NCBI GenBank assembly: GCA_963799485.1
Contig: CAWCXJ010000001.1
Span: 1-64,000 of the forward strand
DNA length: 64,000 nt
Direction: 5' to 3'
DNA from: an uncultured Trueperaceae bacterium
GTDB lineage: Bacteria > Deinococcota > Deinococci > Deinococcales > Trueperaceae
Part shown: piece by piece, positions 19,737-30,938 of the stretch
Position numbering within the stretch: the first letter of the stretch is position 1
Layout of the letters: each line of letters starts with the position of its first letter
Program-made: the position numbers and the translations under genes
The notes under the pieces: model-generated
What the model saw: the letters and a program-made list of their open reading frames with translations, nothing else
Database searches by the model: none
What the model was told of the DNA's origin: nothing

Positions 19737-20156
19737 ATGAGCTGGGATGAGCCGCGCTGCGTATGGTGTCATAAAACGGGAGGTACGATTGAAACGTTGC
19801 ATGTTAGCGCACCCGCTGTAGCTATTTTCAGTGACAAAGAACAAGACCTTGATGTCTTGGTTCACACCGAACACAAAGATGAAACGCGCCGTTACTACGC
19901 TCGCTTGTACGACAATGCTCGCACGTTTCTACTAACGGTACTTTTCGGTGTCGTCGCCCTGATTATCTTCGCCGTTTTGGGCTGGGAATTGGGAGAGGCC
20001 GCTTTGGTTATCTATTACGGCGTCATTTTTGTCGTTTTTCCTTTTGCCACCGGTACGACGTTTGAGGTTGCGGGCATCAAGAATACGGTCAGGTTTATCC
20101 AAATAACCGGAGCCGCCTTCATCATCGGCGGCTCCATCCTGTTTTACGCTGTCTGA
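19737..20156 (+). CDS. Hypothetical membrane protein
   Basis: N-terminal CxxC then three hydrophobic helices; 9 nt after argS. Confidence 0.65.
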   Translation: MSWDEPRCVWCHKTGGTIETLHVSAPAVAIFSDKEQDLDVLVHTEHKDETRRYYARLYDNARTFLLTVLFGVVALIIFAVLGWELGEAALVIYYGVIFVVFPFATGTTFEVAGIKNTVRFIQITGAAFIIGGSILFYAV

Positions 20157-20171
20157 GTAAATAGTGCGTCT

Positions 20172-20639
20172 TTAGCTCATCCCCCGCAGCATCTCCTCGG
20201 CTTCATCAGCCACGTCCGCGTCAACCATCACGTTGTAACGCTCGGCCTGCATCCCGCCGACCGAAGAAAAATCGCGCTGGCCCCGCGTTGCGGCGTACCC
20301 TGCCACCGCAAACAAGATACTGACAATAATCCCGACGACAAGACCGTAAAGGACAATCGCGAGAATTGACCCGGCAGGGAAGAGCAAGCCTAAAAAGAGC
20401 CCGATGAGGACGCCTGTGAGCGCGCCGCTACTCGCCGCCGTAGAGATGACGCGGCCCCAGTTGAGGCGTCCGGTAACTTGTTCGACGAACTTGAGACCCT
20501 CGGCGACGATAACCGTTTTTTCGACGGCAAACTTGTTGTCAGACAAATAATCGACGGCTTTTTGCGCGTCGGCGTAACTTTCGTATATCGCAATCGTCCG
20601 GCGTGAAGACGACGTGCTGACATCCTTGAATCTGTCCAT
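20172..20639 (-). CDS. General stress protein (YflT/17M-like), membrane
   Basis: YESYADAQKAVDYLSDNKF, VEQVTGRL and RDFSS; AGGAGG RBS. Confidence 0.8.
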   Translation of the reverse strand: MDRFKDVSTSSSRRTIAIYESYADAQKAVDYLSDNKFAVEKTVIVAEGLKFVEQVTGRLNWGRVISTAASSGALTGVLIGLFLGLLFPAGSILAIVLYGLVVGIIVSILFAVAGYAATRGQRDFSSVGGMQAERYNVMVDADVADEAEEMLRGMS

Positions 20640-20798
20640 CTAAGCCTCCTAAAACTGCGTGAACGTGCACCTAAACACTGCCATCAGCTTATCCGGGGGC
20701 TGCGTGAGCTTTGTTGGGATAGCCTACAGATTTGTAAAGCCATGCGTGGCACAAAGAAAAAGCAGGCCGCAGTCCGCCTGGGCCAACGCCGTAAACAG

Positions 20799-21803
20799 CT
20801 AGAGCTGCACTGCGTAGGGGAGGTTAAAGGTTTCACCGTTCACGTCGAACTGAACCGTGCCCGTGACCAGACTGCCGGCGGGCGGTACCGGGCTGATGTT
20901 GATGGTAATCACGCCTGAAGCGCGAATCGCGTTAAAGATTTTTTCAAACAGCGCCTCGAGCCCGGCTGCGTCGGCGACGTTGGCGAAGGTGCCGCCGGTC
21001 GCTTCGGCGAGGGTTTGCAGTTCGGTCAGGTCGAGCTGTTTCGGCCCGGCCCCCAAACCGACGGTAAAGAACTTGACGCCGGACTCGCGGGCGACGTTCA
21101 AGGCTGCGGCGAAGTCGGTGTCGCCGCCGTTACGCTGCCCGTCGGTAAAGAGAACGACCACGCGCGCGGCGCTGCCGCCGCCTTCGTCGCCCTCGTGCAG
21201 GTCAAGCGTGTCCAAGACCGAATCCCAGATGGGCGTATCGGTGTTTTGCTTGACCTTTTCTACGGCGGCGTTCAGGGTCGCTTGGTCGCCCGTAAAGTCT
21301 TGCAGGAGGCTCGAGGCGCGAAACTGCTCGTCGTCGCCACGAAACGCCATCACCGCCAGGCGGTCTTGTGGGGTGATGCGCCCGATAAACGACTTTGCGG
21401 CGTCGACGCGTTGGCGCTCGGGGTCGGTCTTTTTCATGCTGCCGCTCTGGTCGATGTCTAAAACTGCGTTGACAACCTCTTGTACCCGGATGTCGAACTT
21501 GACTTCAGCGGTCGCCGTGTACTGCTGCGCCGCGCTGACGTTGCCGCTTGTCGGCGTTACCCGCGCGACCGTTACGACCGGCTTGCTGATGTTTCCGGCG
21601 ATGGGTTCGTCGTTACCGTCTAGTGCGCTGACGTTGAGGTCAACTTTGCCGGTCGGGGCTCCGCCGGCGTCGCGTTCAACTGTGTAGCCGTTCAGCGTCG
21701 CGGCCGAGGGTTTGATGTATCTGCTATACGCCTCTTGAGCCAGGTTGCACCCACCGAGCAGCGTAAGCGAGACGAGCAGCGTTGAACTTAGCAAGCGTTT
21801 CAT
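20799..21803 (-). CDS. VWA-domain lipoprotein
   Basis: Lipobox LLGGC, MIDAS DQSGSM, TPIWD and LFTDG; RBS AGGAGG before ATG 21803. Confidence 0.85.
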   Translation of the reverse strand: MKRLLSSTLLVSLTLLGGCNLAQEAYSRYIKPSAATLNGYTVERDAGGAPTGKVDLNVSALDGNDEPIAGNISKPVVTVARVTPTSGNVSAAQQYTATAEVKFDIRVQEVVNAVLDIDQSGSMKKTDPERQRVDAAKSFIGRITPQDRLAVMAFRGDDEQFRASSLLQDFTGDQATLNAAVEKVKQNTDTPIWDSVLDTLDLHEGDEGGGSAARVVVLFTDGQRNGGDTDFAAALNVARESGVKFFTVGLGAGPKQLDLTELQTLAEATGGTFANVADAAGLEALFEKIFNAIRASGVITINISPVPPAGSLVTGTVQFDVNGETFNLPYAVQL

Positions 21804-21900
21804 GTTTCCTCCTGGTTTGACCACGAAACTGATTTGACACCCTAAAACTTAAGGGGGGCTTAAGGGCCGCTGACCCCTGCCCGCTCAGGTAGAGTAACGG

Positions 21901-22188
21901 ATGATTCAAGCCGTAATTTTCGATATGGACGGGCTTTTAATCGACTCCGAACCCGTGTGGGACAGGGCCAGGGCGGCGATGGCGGCGCGTTTGGGACAGA
22001 GCTGGGACAAACGTGACCATCAAGCCGTAATGGGCGTTTCGACCGCTGAGTGGGCAGATTATATGAAAGACAAGTGGCAGTTAGGGAAGAGCCGGGAAGA
22101 GGTCGTCGCTGAAATCGTCGGGCAGATGCGCGACTTTTACCGGGAGCGGATTCCGTTTCGGCAACATGCGGTCGCGGCGGTGGAGCTA
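21901..22188 (+). pseudogene. HAD-family phosphatase, N-terminal half, truncated by IS5
   Basis: VIFDMDGLLIDSEP motif I; the frame runs into the IS5 left end and no C-terminal half is seen after the IS. Confidence 0.85.
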
Positions 22189-22492
22189 GGCTCTGTTGAC
22201 AATCTCATATTTTGAGTTGATAGAAAAAGGCATGACGCAGGTAAAACTCAAGGCTAGAGAGTGGCATAAAATCAGAGCATTTTTAGATGAGACGCCAGAG
22301 GTATATGTAGGTCGGGAGAAGCGGTGCCGTAAGTTTATCGAAGGGGTGCTGTGGCTGTTGCGTTCGGGGTCTCAGTGGCGACTGTTACCTAAGCAGTACG
22401 GTCACTGGAACAGCGTATATAAGCGTTTCGACAGGTGGAGTGAACGGGGCGTATGGGGAACTATGTTTGAACACTTTGCTGATGACCCAGAC

Positions 22493-22531
22493 GTAGTACC
22501 CGCACTAGCGGGGGCCTCGTGGCCCTACACT
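22493..22531. repeat. 39-nt in-frame structured micro-insert in IS5 orfA
   Basis: Splits DDPD|MESVMIDG with 13 extra residues; GTAG..CCCGC-ACTA-GCGGG.GGCC-TCGT-GGCC.CTAC. Confidence 0.7.
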
Positions 22532-22619
22532 ATGGAAAGCGTGATGATAGACGGCTCGGTGGTGCGGGCTCATGCGTGTTCGGCGGGTGCGCCGCATAAA
22601 AAAGCAACTGTGTCATTTG

Positions 22620-23725
<1,106 letters not shown>

Positions 23726-24184
23726 CCTCAACATACAAGGGGTCAAAAGGCGCAAGACCTCGGCTACAGCAGAGGTGGATTTAGCACCAAGATATATGTC
23801 ACCGTGGACGCTTTAGGCAACCCTTTACGCCTGCTCTTAACAGCCGGACAAGCCCACGAAGCGCCTTATGCAGCAGCGTTACTCGAAGGTTATGAAGCTG
23901 AGTTCGTGATGGGCGACAAAGCCTATAACGCTCAAGCTGTCCTCACAGCCATTGCTGAGATGAGTGCCGAAGCGGTCATTCCACCCAAAATCAACCGTAA
24001 GGAGACGCGCAACTATGACCATGAACTTTACCAAGAGCGTCACCTCGTTGAGTGCTTTTTTAACAAGCTCAAATACTATAGGCGCTGCTTCTCTCGTTTT
24101 GATAAGCTCGCCCGTAACTACCTTGGCTTCTTACACTTCGCTTCGGTACTCATCTGGCTGCGGTGAAATGTCAACACAACCCAG

Positions 24185-24533
24185 CAAAAGGTTTTCTGAG
24201 GTCCGATTCATCCATGATCAAGAGCACTTCGTGTTCACCTTTGAGCTGTTTCGCGCCTTCTGAACAGAGCACCTTGCCTATGGCTTGAGCATTCACCTCA
24301 GCCCGCTTGTTCTCACCATGCACCAGGCGTCTAAGCCGCCGTTCACTATGTTTGACCCCGGCCGTAAGTGGATTGCACGCCGCCATCTGCGCCACCTTGC
24401 AACCTCCGCTACCAATGATCCCCCACACGCACGCGTCAAACCCTAGCCCGAGACGGCGATCTTGCAGAAGTGTTTTATAAGGGCGCGTAAACTCTGCTAG
24501 GGCTGACGCTGAAACCGCTCTTTTCTGTTCCAT
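24185..24533 (-). pseudogene. N-terminal fragment of an IS4-like transposase, cut by the IS5 right end
   Basis: SERRLRRLV...VLLIMDESDLRKPFA (first catalytic Asp region) stops at the IS5 IR. Confidence 0.65.
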
Positions 24534-24539
24534 CTGAGA

Positions 24540-24830
24540 CTATACAGACTTTTGTCCGGGTTTCAGAAAAAATGAGTCCGGTCTCGCCGGGAAAAGTATG
24601 CTCGCGCCGCCCCGTATCGTCGAAACGGACGCGCCCCAGAACCGCTTACCGCCGACAAAACCGTGATAGCCGAGATGGCGGCCGTCGGCGTACCAGTATT
24701 CATGGTCCACATCACCGGGCGCGGTCTCGCAAATTTTCCACGCTTTGCCCGTGTCTACACTTAAGCCCCAGATGCGGTTGTCCACCTTGTCCCACGGTCC
24801 TTCATGGCAAAAAGTGAGAAGTCCGTACGG
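24540..24830 (-). pseudogene. Internal fragment resembling oligogalacturonate lyase (Ogl)
   Basis: [18 protein letters not shown]...HEYWYADGRHLGYHG recalls the Ogl FCHEGP and HE.W..DG motifs. Confidence 0.6.
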
Positions 24831-24960
24831 GTTTCGGGGTCATGCTGCGGTGCTGGATTTTGCACTTGCGCAGTCCCGCCACCGCGCTCCCGTGGGTGCC
24901 GTCGACCTGAAACGACACGAGTTCGTCGCGGTAGACGCGGGTATGCCAGCTCGAATTGAT
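24830..24960 (-). pseudogene. Internal fragment of a Gfo/Idh/MocA oxidoreductase
   Basis: [44 protein letters not shown]. Confidence 0.55.
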
Positions 24961-24969
24961 AGTCCTCTA

Positions 24970-25585
24970 AATGGTGTTAAACCCCCGCCTTGAAGACGGG
25001 CGACGCTTCAGCGTGTAGATTGCGAAGATGGAGCGCTACAGCAAGGGAAGTCATACGCTCTACCACCACCGCTATCACCTGGTATGGATCACGAAGTACC
25101 GCTACCGGGTGCTGCGGGGCGAGTTGCAGAGGCGAGTACGCACGATCATCGCGCAAGTAGCTGAGGGGACAGGGGTCAAGATTCTGAACGGAGTCGTGTC
25201 GAGCGACCATAGCCACTTGTTTGTGTCGATTCCACCGCAGCTACCCGTGAGCGAGTTTGTCAAGCGGGCGAAGGGGCGGAGTTCACAGGTGTACAGCAGG
25301 AGTTTCCGGAGTTATTGAAGCGGTATTGGAGACAGCACTTCTGGGCTAGGTCAGGCCCACTAGGGCCACGGCTCTCAGCCGTAACCTGGCGGCTACTTCA
25401 GCGCCACCAGTGGCAACGTCACAGGTGAGATGATAGAACAGATGAGATCATGACATCATCAGACGAGTACCTCAACAATCATTACGATGCTCATAAGCAG
25501 AATGGTGAAGAGAACATCTCTTTAGAGCGACCCCCGGCTTCCAGCCTAGCGCCTCAACCTACTGACTTCGAGTCGGTAGTGGTTA
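24970..25585 (+). mobile_element. tnpA: IS200/IS605-family element, tnpA only, frameshifted
   Basis: YHLVWITKYR, DHSHL (HUH), KGRSS, FWAR..GYFSATSG. Subterminal hairpins CCCGCC-TTGAA-GACGGG (~24984) and CTACTGAC-TTCGA-GTCGGTAG (~25559). No tnpB. Confidence 0.85.
25351..25390. repeat. 40-nt structured micro-insert in IS200 tnpA
   Basis: Splits FWAR|GYF; TCAGG..GGCCC-ACTA-GGGCC.ACGGCT-CTC-AGCCGT..CCTGG. Confidence 0.7.
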
Positions 25586-25679
25586 AGTTTACGGCGCTCA
25601 CTACGACGCGAACACCAACAGGTGCTGCAAGCGCTTGAAACCGGTACACTACAGACGTCTGGATTTACGTCAGAAACAG

Positions 25680-26240
25680 CTACCGGGTTCCCTTCATGCG
25701 GCGTTTACGGCTCTGAGCCCACAGTTCTAAAAGCCCCTGCAAGTTGATCAAAAAGTGTGCGATCAGCCCCGGCCACAAACTACCCGTAAACGTCGCCGCA
25801 AAACCAAATGCCAGCCCTGAGAGCGCCGCGTAAAGCGTATAACTCCAGCCCCGGCGCGGCATCGGGTGCAATAAGCCGAACACGAGCGCTTGCCCCCACA
25901 CACCGATAAGCCCTTGTAGCGCGCCCCGAAAAAACAACTCTTCGGCGGTGGCAGTAAGGGCGGCGAAGAGGGTGGCCTCGAGGCGCGTCGGTCTAAGCTG
26001 CGCGAGAGCGCGCTCGAGCAGTCCCGAGGCGTAGCGAAACGACGCCAAGGTGCGCTCTAAAACCCAAGCGCCGCCCAAAAGCCCCACAGTCAAAGCTAGA
26101 GCGACGAGCCCTAGCGTCAAAAGCCCAGCGCGCGGGCCGTAAGCTACCGGGTAAAATAAAAGCCATACTGCGCCCAAAAGTCCGGTCAGCAGGCTGGGTA
26201 AAAAGGGGAAGTAGCGGCGTAAAAAGCTTGTTTTCATCAT
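25680..26240 (-). CDS. CPBP-family intramembrane metalloprotease
   Basis: AEELFFRG, FGLLH and IAHFLIN motifs. Confidence 0.88.
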   Translation of the reverse strand: MMKTSFLRRYFPFLPSLLTGLLGAVWLLFYPVAYGPRAGLLTLGLVALALTVGLLGGAWVLERTLASFRYASGLLERALAQLRPTRLEATLFAALTATAEELFFRGALQGLIGVWGQALVFGLLHPMPRRGWSYTLYAALSGLAFGFAATFTGSLWPGLIAHFLINLQGLLELWAQSRKRRMKGTR

Positions 26241-26408
26241 GTGAGCTCGGTCATAACACACTTAGCGCGGCTTGACGAGACGTAAGGCAAATGACGCAGA
26301 CAGGTGTATCACTTATAAACCCGACACTGAAGCGCACGAAACATATCGTTCCGGTAAATGTGCGTAACGTGGTACGGCACCACAAGTTTCGCGTGAAGGG
26401 GAGAAAAC

Positions 26409-27407
26409 ATGGCGATTACACATAAGCGTTTAGGTAAACACGGCGTTCTGGTCAGCAATTTATGCCTCGGGACGATGAACTTCGGCTGGCACACCTCCGA
26501 AGAAGATTCCTTCAAGATTATGGACAGGGCGCTTACGTTGGGCATCAACTTTTTCGACACCGCCGATGTATACGGTAACGGCGGACAGCAGGGCGACACC
26601 GAAATCATTCTGGGTAACTGGTTCGCGCAGGGTGACGGGCGGCGTGACGCGGTGGTCTTGGCGACAAAGGTCTACAATCCGGTCAAACGCCGGGAAAACC
26701 GCGCCGAACCCAACACCGACGGGCGGAGTTTGTCGGCGATGAAGCTCAAAAAGCACTGTGAGGGCAGCCTCCGGCGGCTGCAAACCGACTGGATCGACAT
26801 CTATCAGATGCATCACGTCGACCGCGACTGCCCCTGGGACGAGCTTTTACAAGGGTTTGACGCGCTGGTGCAGCAGGGCCGGATTGTCTACACGGGCTCG
26901 AGCAATTTCGCCGGTTGGGACATCGCCACAGCCTGTCAGGAGGCGTCGAAACGCGGGATGACGGGTCTGGTGAGTGAACAGAGCATCTATCATCTGGACA
27001 ACCGGATGGTCGAACTCGAGGTCATCCCGGCGTGCGAGCACTACGGCCTCGGCCTGATTCCCTGGAGTCCGCTGGGCGGCGGTCTGCTCGGCGGCGTCCT
27101 CGGCAAAATCGAGGGGGGTCGCCGGCTGAACGAGGGCAAGATGAAAGAGATCGAGGCGAAGCGGGACAAGTTGGAGCGGTACGAGGCGCTGTGTAAAGAG
27201 CTCGGCGAAGAACCTGCAACCGTGGCGCTGGCGTGGCTTTTGCACAATCCGGTGGTGAGCGCGCCGATCATCGGGCCGCGCACCATGGAACAGCTCGAGA
27301 GCGCGGTACGCGCCACCGAAGTGACGTTGGACGAAGACACCCTCAAGCAACTCGACGACATCTTTCCGGGGCCGGGAGGCGAAGCGCCGAACGCCTACGC
27401 CTGGTAA
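26409..27407 (+). CDS. Aldo/keto reductase
   Basis: LCLGTMNFG, FFDTADVYG, LATK, IDIYQMHH and PWSPLGGGLL. Confidence 0.93.
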   Translation: MAITHKRLGKHGVLVSNLCLGTMNFGWHTSEEDSFKIMDRALTLGINFFDTADVYGNGGQQGDTEIILGNWFAQGDGRRDAVVLATKVYNPVKRRENRAEPNTDGRSLSAMKLKKHCEGSLRRLQTDWIDIYQMHHVDRDCPWDELLQGFDALVQQGRIVYTGSSNFAGWDIATACQEASKRGMTGLVSEQSIYHLDNRMVELEVIPACEHYGLGLIPWSPLGGGLLGGVLGKIEGGRRLNEGKMKEIEAKRDKLERYEALCKELGEEPATVALAWLLHNPVVSAPIIGPRTMEQLESAVRATEVTLDEDTLKQLDDIFPGPGGEAPNAYAW

Positions 27408-27520
27408 ACTTCACGACTGTAGAAAAGCTCGAGCGTTCGGGTATTTGCACCGTAAAAGCAAGTTGGCGCTCGAGCCGGATTTGCGACCCGAGATAAGCTT
27501 TTGCCGACGTTGTAAACGGG

Positions 27521-28663
27521 TTACGGATTTTCCGGCACCGGTAAGTAGCGTTCAGGAATCTCCCAGACGACGAGTTCAGGGGGCTCGTCTTGCAGTTCGC
27601 GGCTCGCTAGATAGTCGCGCATCGGCGGCAGCGGCCCCTGCCCTTCCGCCGCCAGATTTAGCACGTCCGCGCCGAGCGCCCGCTGCAACGCCCCGGCGAA
27701 GTTCCACCGCTCATTAGCGCTGTAGCTCGTTCCGACGAGCGTGACCGGCACCGTCTGTGCGCCGAAAAGTCCGCCGCCTGCGCCCCCGCGCGCACGGGTT
27801 TGGCGGGTCTCGAGCCCGTCCGGGGCCGGCCCCAACCGACTTTGCAACGCGCCGAGCGGCACGAAGCTGAGCAGGTCGCCCTTGTAGGGTTCTCGCCCGG
27901 TGACGGTCGTCTCGTATTCGCTGGTAAAAAGACCGGGAACATCCGCGCGGCGCACGGCCCCGGCGAGCGTGTCGGCTGTAACTTCAGCCCCCGCAGGCGT
28001 CCAGTGCGTGTCGGTACGCAGATAAACTTGTGTTTCACCTTTCGCGCCGACAAGCGGCGTCAACAAGTCGGGCGCTAAAATGCTCGCCTGAATCAATTTA
28101 CGGCGAAAGTTCTGGTAACGTTCAGCCGTATAACTCGGCAGCGTGCGGCCCACGAACTCCGCATAAACCCGTGACTTGTCGGGAACGAGCGCGACGACAA
28201 GGGTGACGTTTTTTGCGGCGAGTTCAGCCCGAACCTTTTTGATATACGCCAGTTTACGCGCGGTTTCCGCCGCGCCGTCCCCGTAAAACGCGACCTCTTC
28301 GTCCGTAAAGAGCCAACCGTCTTGCCCGACGACGACGCCTTCTCGCCCTTCACGGAACACCGTGTACTCGAGCACCCCCCAAGTTGCAATCGCCGCGTCC
28401 CGAAACGGTAAGGCGTCGTTAAAGGCTTTTTCGTAGCGGGCGCTCTGCTCGCCGCGTAAAAACGAACCTTTACGGGGCCACTGAAACGTCGCGGGTGTCA
28501 GCAGCGCCGCGCCGAAACCGAGAGCTAAAACCAAGAGCAAAAAACCCCCCGGCAGCCAGCCGAGCGTCGTGGGCAGCGGGCTGTGACGCACGTCTTCGGC
28601 GTCGGTGGCGGGGTCGGTGCGGGTTTCGGGATGTTCGGGATTCCCCGGCAGAGTTCGCGCCAC
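27521..28663 (-). CDS. algJ: AlgJ/AlgX-family SGNH-like O-acetyltransferase
   Basis: GQDGWLF, RTDTHWTP, LVGTSYS and VVWEIPERYL. Confidence 0.88.
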   Translation of the reverse strand: MARTLPGNPEHPETRTDPATDAEDVRHSPLPTTLGWLPGGFLLLVLALGFGAALLTPATFQWPRKGSFLRGEQSARYEKAFNDALPFRDAAIATWGVLEYTVFREGREGVVVGQDGWLFTDEEVAFYGDGAAETARKLAYIKKVRAELAAKNVTLVVALVPDKSRVYAEFVGRTLPSYTAERYQNFRRKLIQASILAPDLLTPLVGAKGETQVYLRTDTHWTPAGAEVTADTLAGAVRRADVPGLFTSEYETTVTGREPYKGDLLSFVPLGALQSRLGPAPDGLETRQTRARGGAGGGLFGAQTVPVTLVGTSYSANERWNFAGALQRALGADVLNLAAEGQGPLPPMRDYLASRELQDEPPELVVWEIPERYLPVPENP

Positions 28664-28690
28664 TACAACTGTCCCATCAGAACTGCCCCA

Positions 28691-30106
28691 TCAGAACTGA
28701 AAGTACAAAAAGGGCGAGAAGCTCTGCGCCGAGAGCCGGAAAATCCCTAGAATAAAGAGCGGCAAAACCAGTAAATGGACGGTTTGTAGCGCCGCTTGCC
28801 GCTTTACCGGCAGCCGCCACAAGAGCGTGCGCCACCACGGGGCCAGGTAGAGTAAAACGAGGCCGAGCAGCAAGGTGGTAGTCTCGAGCCCGGTAATCTC
28901 CCAGCTAAACCCCTGATTTAGCGCCCAGCCGTTCGCCCCCGCCATGCCCTGCACGATACGCCACGCCTGCCCCACCGAAGTAGCCCGAAAGAGCACCCAC
29001 CCGACGATGACGATCAGCATGGTTTTAGGAATGCCCAGCATTGCCGGGAGGGGCCGCCATAGTTTACGTTTGCCTAAAAAGCGCTCGAGTGCCAAAAACC
29101 CACCATGCCACGCGCCCCACAGCACAAACGTCCAGTTTGCGCCGTGCCAGAGCCCACCTAAAAGCATCACCAAAAGCAGGTTGACGTAGGTGCGGCTTGC
29201 CCCCCGGCGGTTGCCGCCGAGCGGAATATAGAGGTAGTCGCGGAGCCAGCTTGACAGTGAGATGTGCCAGCGCGTCCAGAACTCGGTGATCGAGCGGCTG
29301 ATATACGGGTGGTTGAAGTTCTCCATAAAGCGAAAACCCATCATCAAACCGAGCCCGACCGCCATATCCGAATACCCGGAAAAGTCGAAGTAGAGCTGTA
29401 CGGTGTAGGCGAGCGCGCCGAGCCAGGCAGCCGCGGCAGTCGGGTCGGCAGCGGCGAACACGCGGTCGGCGAGGGTCGCTACGCCGTCGGCGATCAGGAC
29501 TTTTTTGCAAAACCCGACCATAAACCGCAGCGCCCCTTCGGAAAACTTTTGCGAGGTGTGGGTGCGCGCCGTAAACTGGTCGGCGAGGTCTTTGTAACGC
29601 AGCACCGGCCCGGCGATCAGTTGCGGAAACAGCGCGATAAAAGCGCTTAAATCCCAAAAATTGCGGGCGGGCGGCGCGTCCTTACGGTACACGTCGATGA
29701 TATAGCTCAGTGCCTGAAAGGTGTAAAACGACAGGCCGATGGGCAGCACGACCTCCCACGCCGTAAAAGTCGGGACGCCGATACTCGAGAACGCGGCGTT
29801 TAAGCTGTCCACGCCGAAGTTAAAGTACTTAAAATAACCGAGCGCGGCCAGGTCACCAACGACGCCCAAGGTCAAGCAGAGCTTGGCGGTGCGTTTCGTC
29901 TGGGCGTTGGCGACGCCTAATCCGGCAAGGTAGCTGAGCAGCGTGACGCCGAAAAACAGTGCCAGAAAATCGACCCGCCACCAGCCGTAAAAGATGTAGC
30001 TCGAGACCAGAATCAGGGGCGAGCGGAAGCGAAACGGGGTGAGATAGTACAGCCCCAGAAAGAGGGGCAGAAAGAGAAAGAGGAAGATCGGGGTCGAGAA
30101 GACCAT
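28691..30106 (-). CDS. algI: AlgI-family MBOAT O-acetyltransferase
   Basis: LPIGLSFYTFQ, FPQLIAGP, DFSGYSDMA, FWTRWHISLSSWLRDYLYIPLGG and GLWHGANW. Confidence 0.93.
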   Translation of the reverse strand: MVFSTPIFLFLFLPLFLGLYYLTPFRFRSPLILVSSYIFYGWWRVDFLALFFGVTLLSYLAGLGVANAQTKRTAKLCLTLGVVGDLAALGYFKYFNFGVDSLNAAFSSIGVPTFTAWEVVLPIGLSFYTFQALSYIIDVYRKDAPPARNFWDLSAFIALFPQLIAGPVLRYKDLADQFTARTHTSQKFSEGALRFMVGFCKKVLIADGVATLADRVFAAADPTAAAAWLGALAYTVQLYFDFSGYSDMAVGLGLMMGFRFMENFNHPYISRSITEFWTRWHISLSSWLRDYLYIPLGGNRRGASRTYVNLLLVMLLGGLWHGANWTFVLWGAWHGGFLALERFLGKRKLWRPLPAMLGIPKTMLIVIVGWVLFRATSVGQAWRIVQGMAGANGWALNQGFSWEITGLETTTLLLGLVLLYLAPWWRTLLWRLPVKRQAALQTVHLLVLPLFILGIFRLSAQSFSPFLYFQF

Positions 30107-30114
30107 CTACGTGG

Positions 30115-30717
30115 TTATTCGGTCGCGGTGGTGTTCTGAATAAAAACGGCGGTGTCGCCCGGTAAAACAAAGGTGCTGTAGGCGGCGGAGCGCTCGAGCT
30201 GCACCGCGTCGAACGCCTCTAGCAGTGTGTCCCCGGTAAACGCGCCGAACGCGACCGAAATCGGATTGACGGGGATGCTGCCGACTTCACCGGGCGCAAC
30301 GTCCGGAATCACAGCGGTCGAACCGTCGGCAGTTTTGAGATTGACGGGTTCGCTCGAGGCGTTATAGAGCAGTAGAAGCGTCTGGGCGCGGTTTTCCAGG
30401 GTCGGGTCTTCGATGAGCGCGGCGCTGTCTTTAACGACAACGGTGTAAAAGCGGCCCGCCTCGAGCTCGAGGGTGTCCGTTACACTCCCGGCAGCGAGTT
30501 CGGCGCTGCCCTGAAGCACCACCCGGTAAGGACTGACCGAGCCGTAGGTAAGCGCGTCAAACGCCGTGTCCCCCAGTGCCGGGGTGATGTCGCCCTCACC
30601 GGCGTTTAGGACGCGCACAAACGCGGCGTCGGCGGGCGGAGCGGGCGCGTACAGACCTTCTTCTTGCGCCGCTGCCCAAAAGCAAAGACCGACAAAAACC
30701 AACGCTAACTTTTTGAT
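30115..30717 (-). CDS. algF: AlgF-family O-acetylation accessory protein (start uncertain)
   Basis: LYAPAPPADAAFVRVLNA after a signal peptide; first gene of the algF-I-J cluster. Confidence 0.85.
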   Translation of the reverse strand: MKKLALVFVGLCFWAAAQEEGLYAPAPPADAAFVRVLNAGEGDITPALGDTAFDALTYGSVSPYRVVLQGSAELAAGSVTDTLELEAGRFYTVVVKDSAALIEDPTLENRAQTLLLLYNASSEPVNLKTADGSTAVIPDVAPGEVGSIPVNPISVAFGAFTGDTLLEAFDAVQLERSAAYSTFVLPGDTAVFIQNTTATE

Positions 30718-30938
30718 AACGAACCCCCCTGAGGCAGCCGGTGTTTACGGCGCTGGTTTGACGTCCCCGTAAAGAACACCGTAAAGGAGCTGCACCTAAA
30801 AAGTCTACCGTGTCAGCTTAAAGAAAGCTTAACTTTTTACGTTGTGCGAATCGACTATACGAACCGATTGTGCGAAGGGCCGACCGGACGCCCTTAGTAA
30901 GCGCTGCGCCGTCACCAAGCGGGGCGTAAACTAAGCTT

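Noticed and set aside
20857..21687. Long antisense ORFs such as this 276-aa one and many others in the track
   Set aside because: Shadow frames of real genes, expected in GC-rich DNA, with no recognisable motifs.
25425..25470. Apparent duplicated helix (GEMIEQ then DII..EYL) at the tnpA 3' end as a new element
   Set aside because: Short and garbled; cannot be distinguished from decay or a consensus artefact.
25320..25680. tnpB or omega-RNA linked to IS200 tnpA
   Set aside because: The right-end hairpin follows tnpA directly, leaving no room for a nuclease gene.
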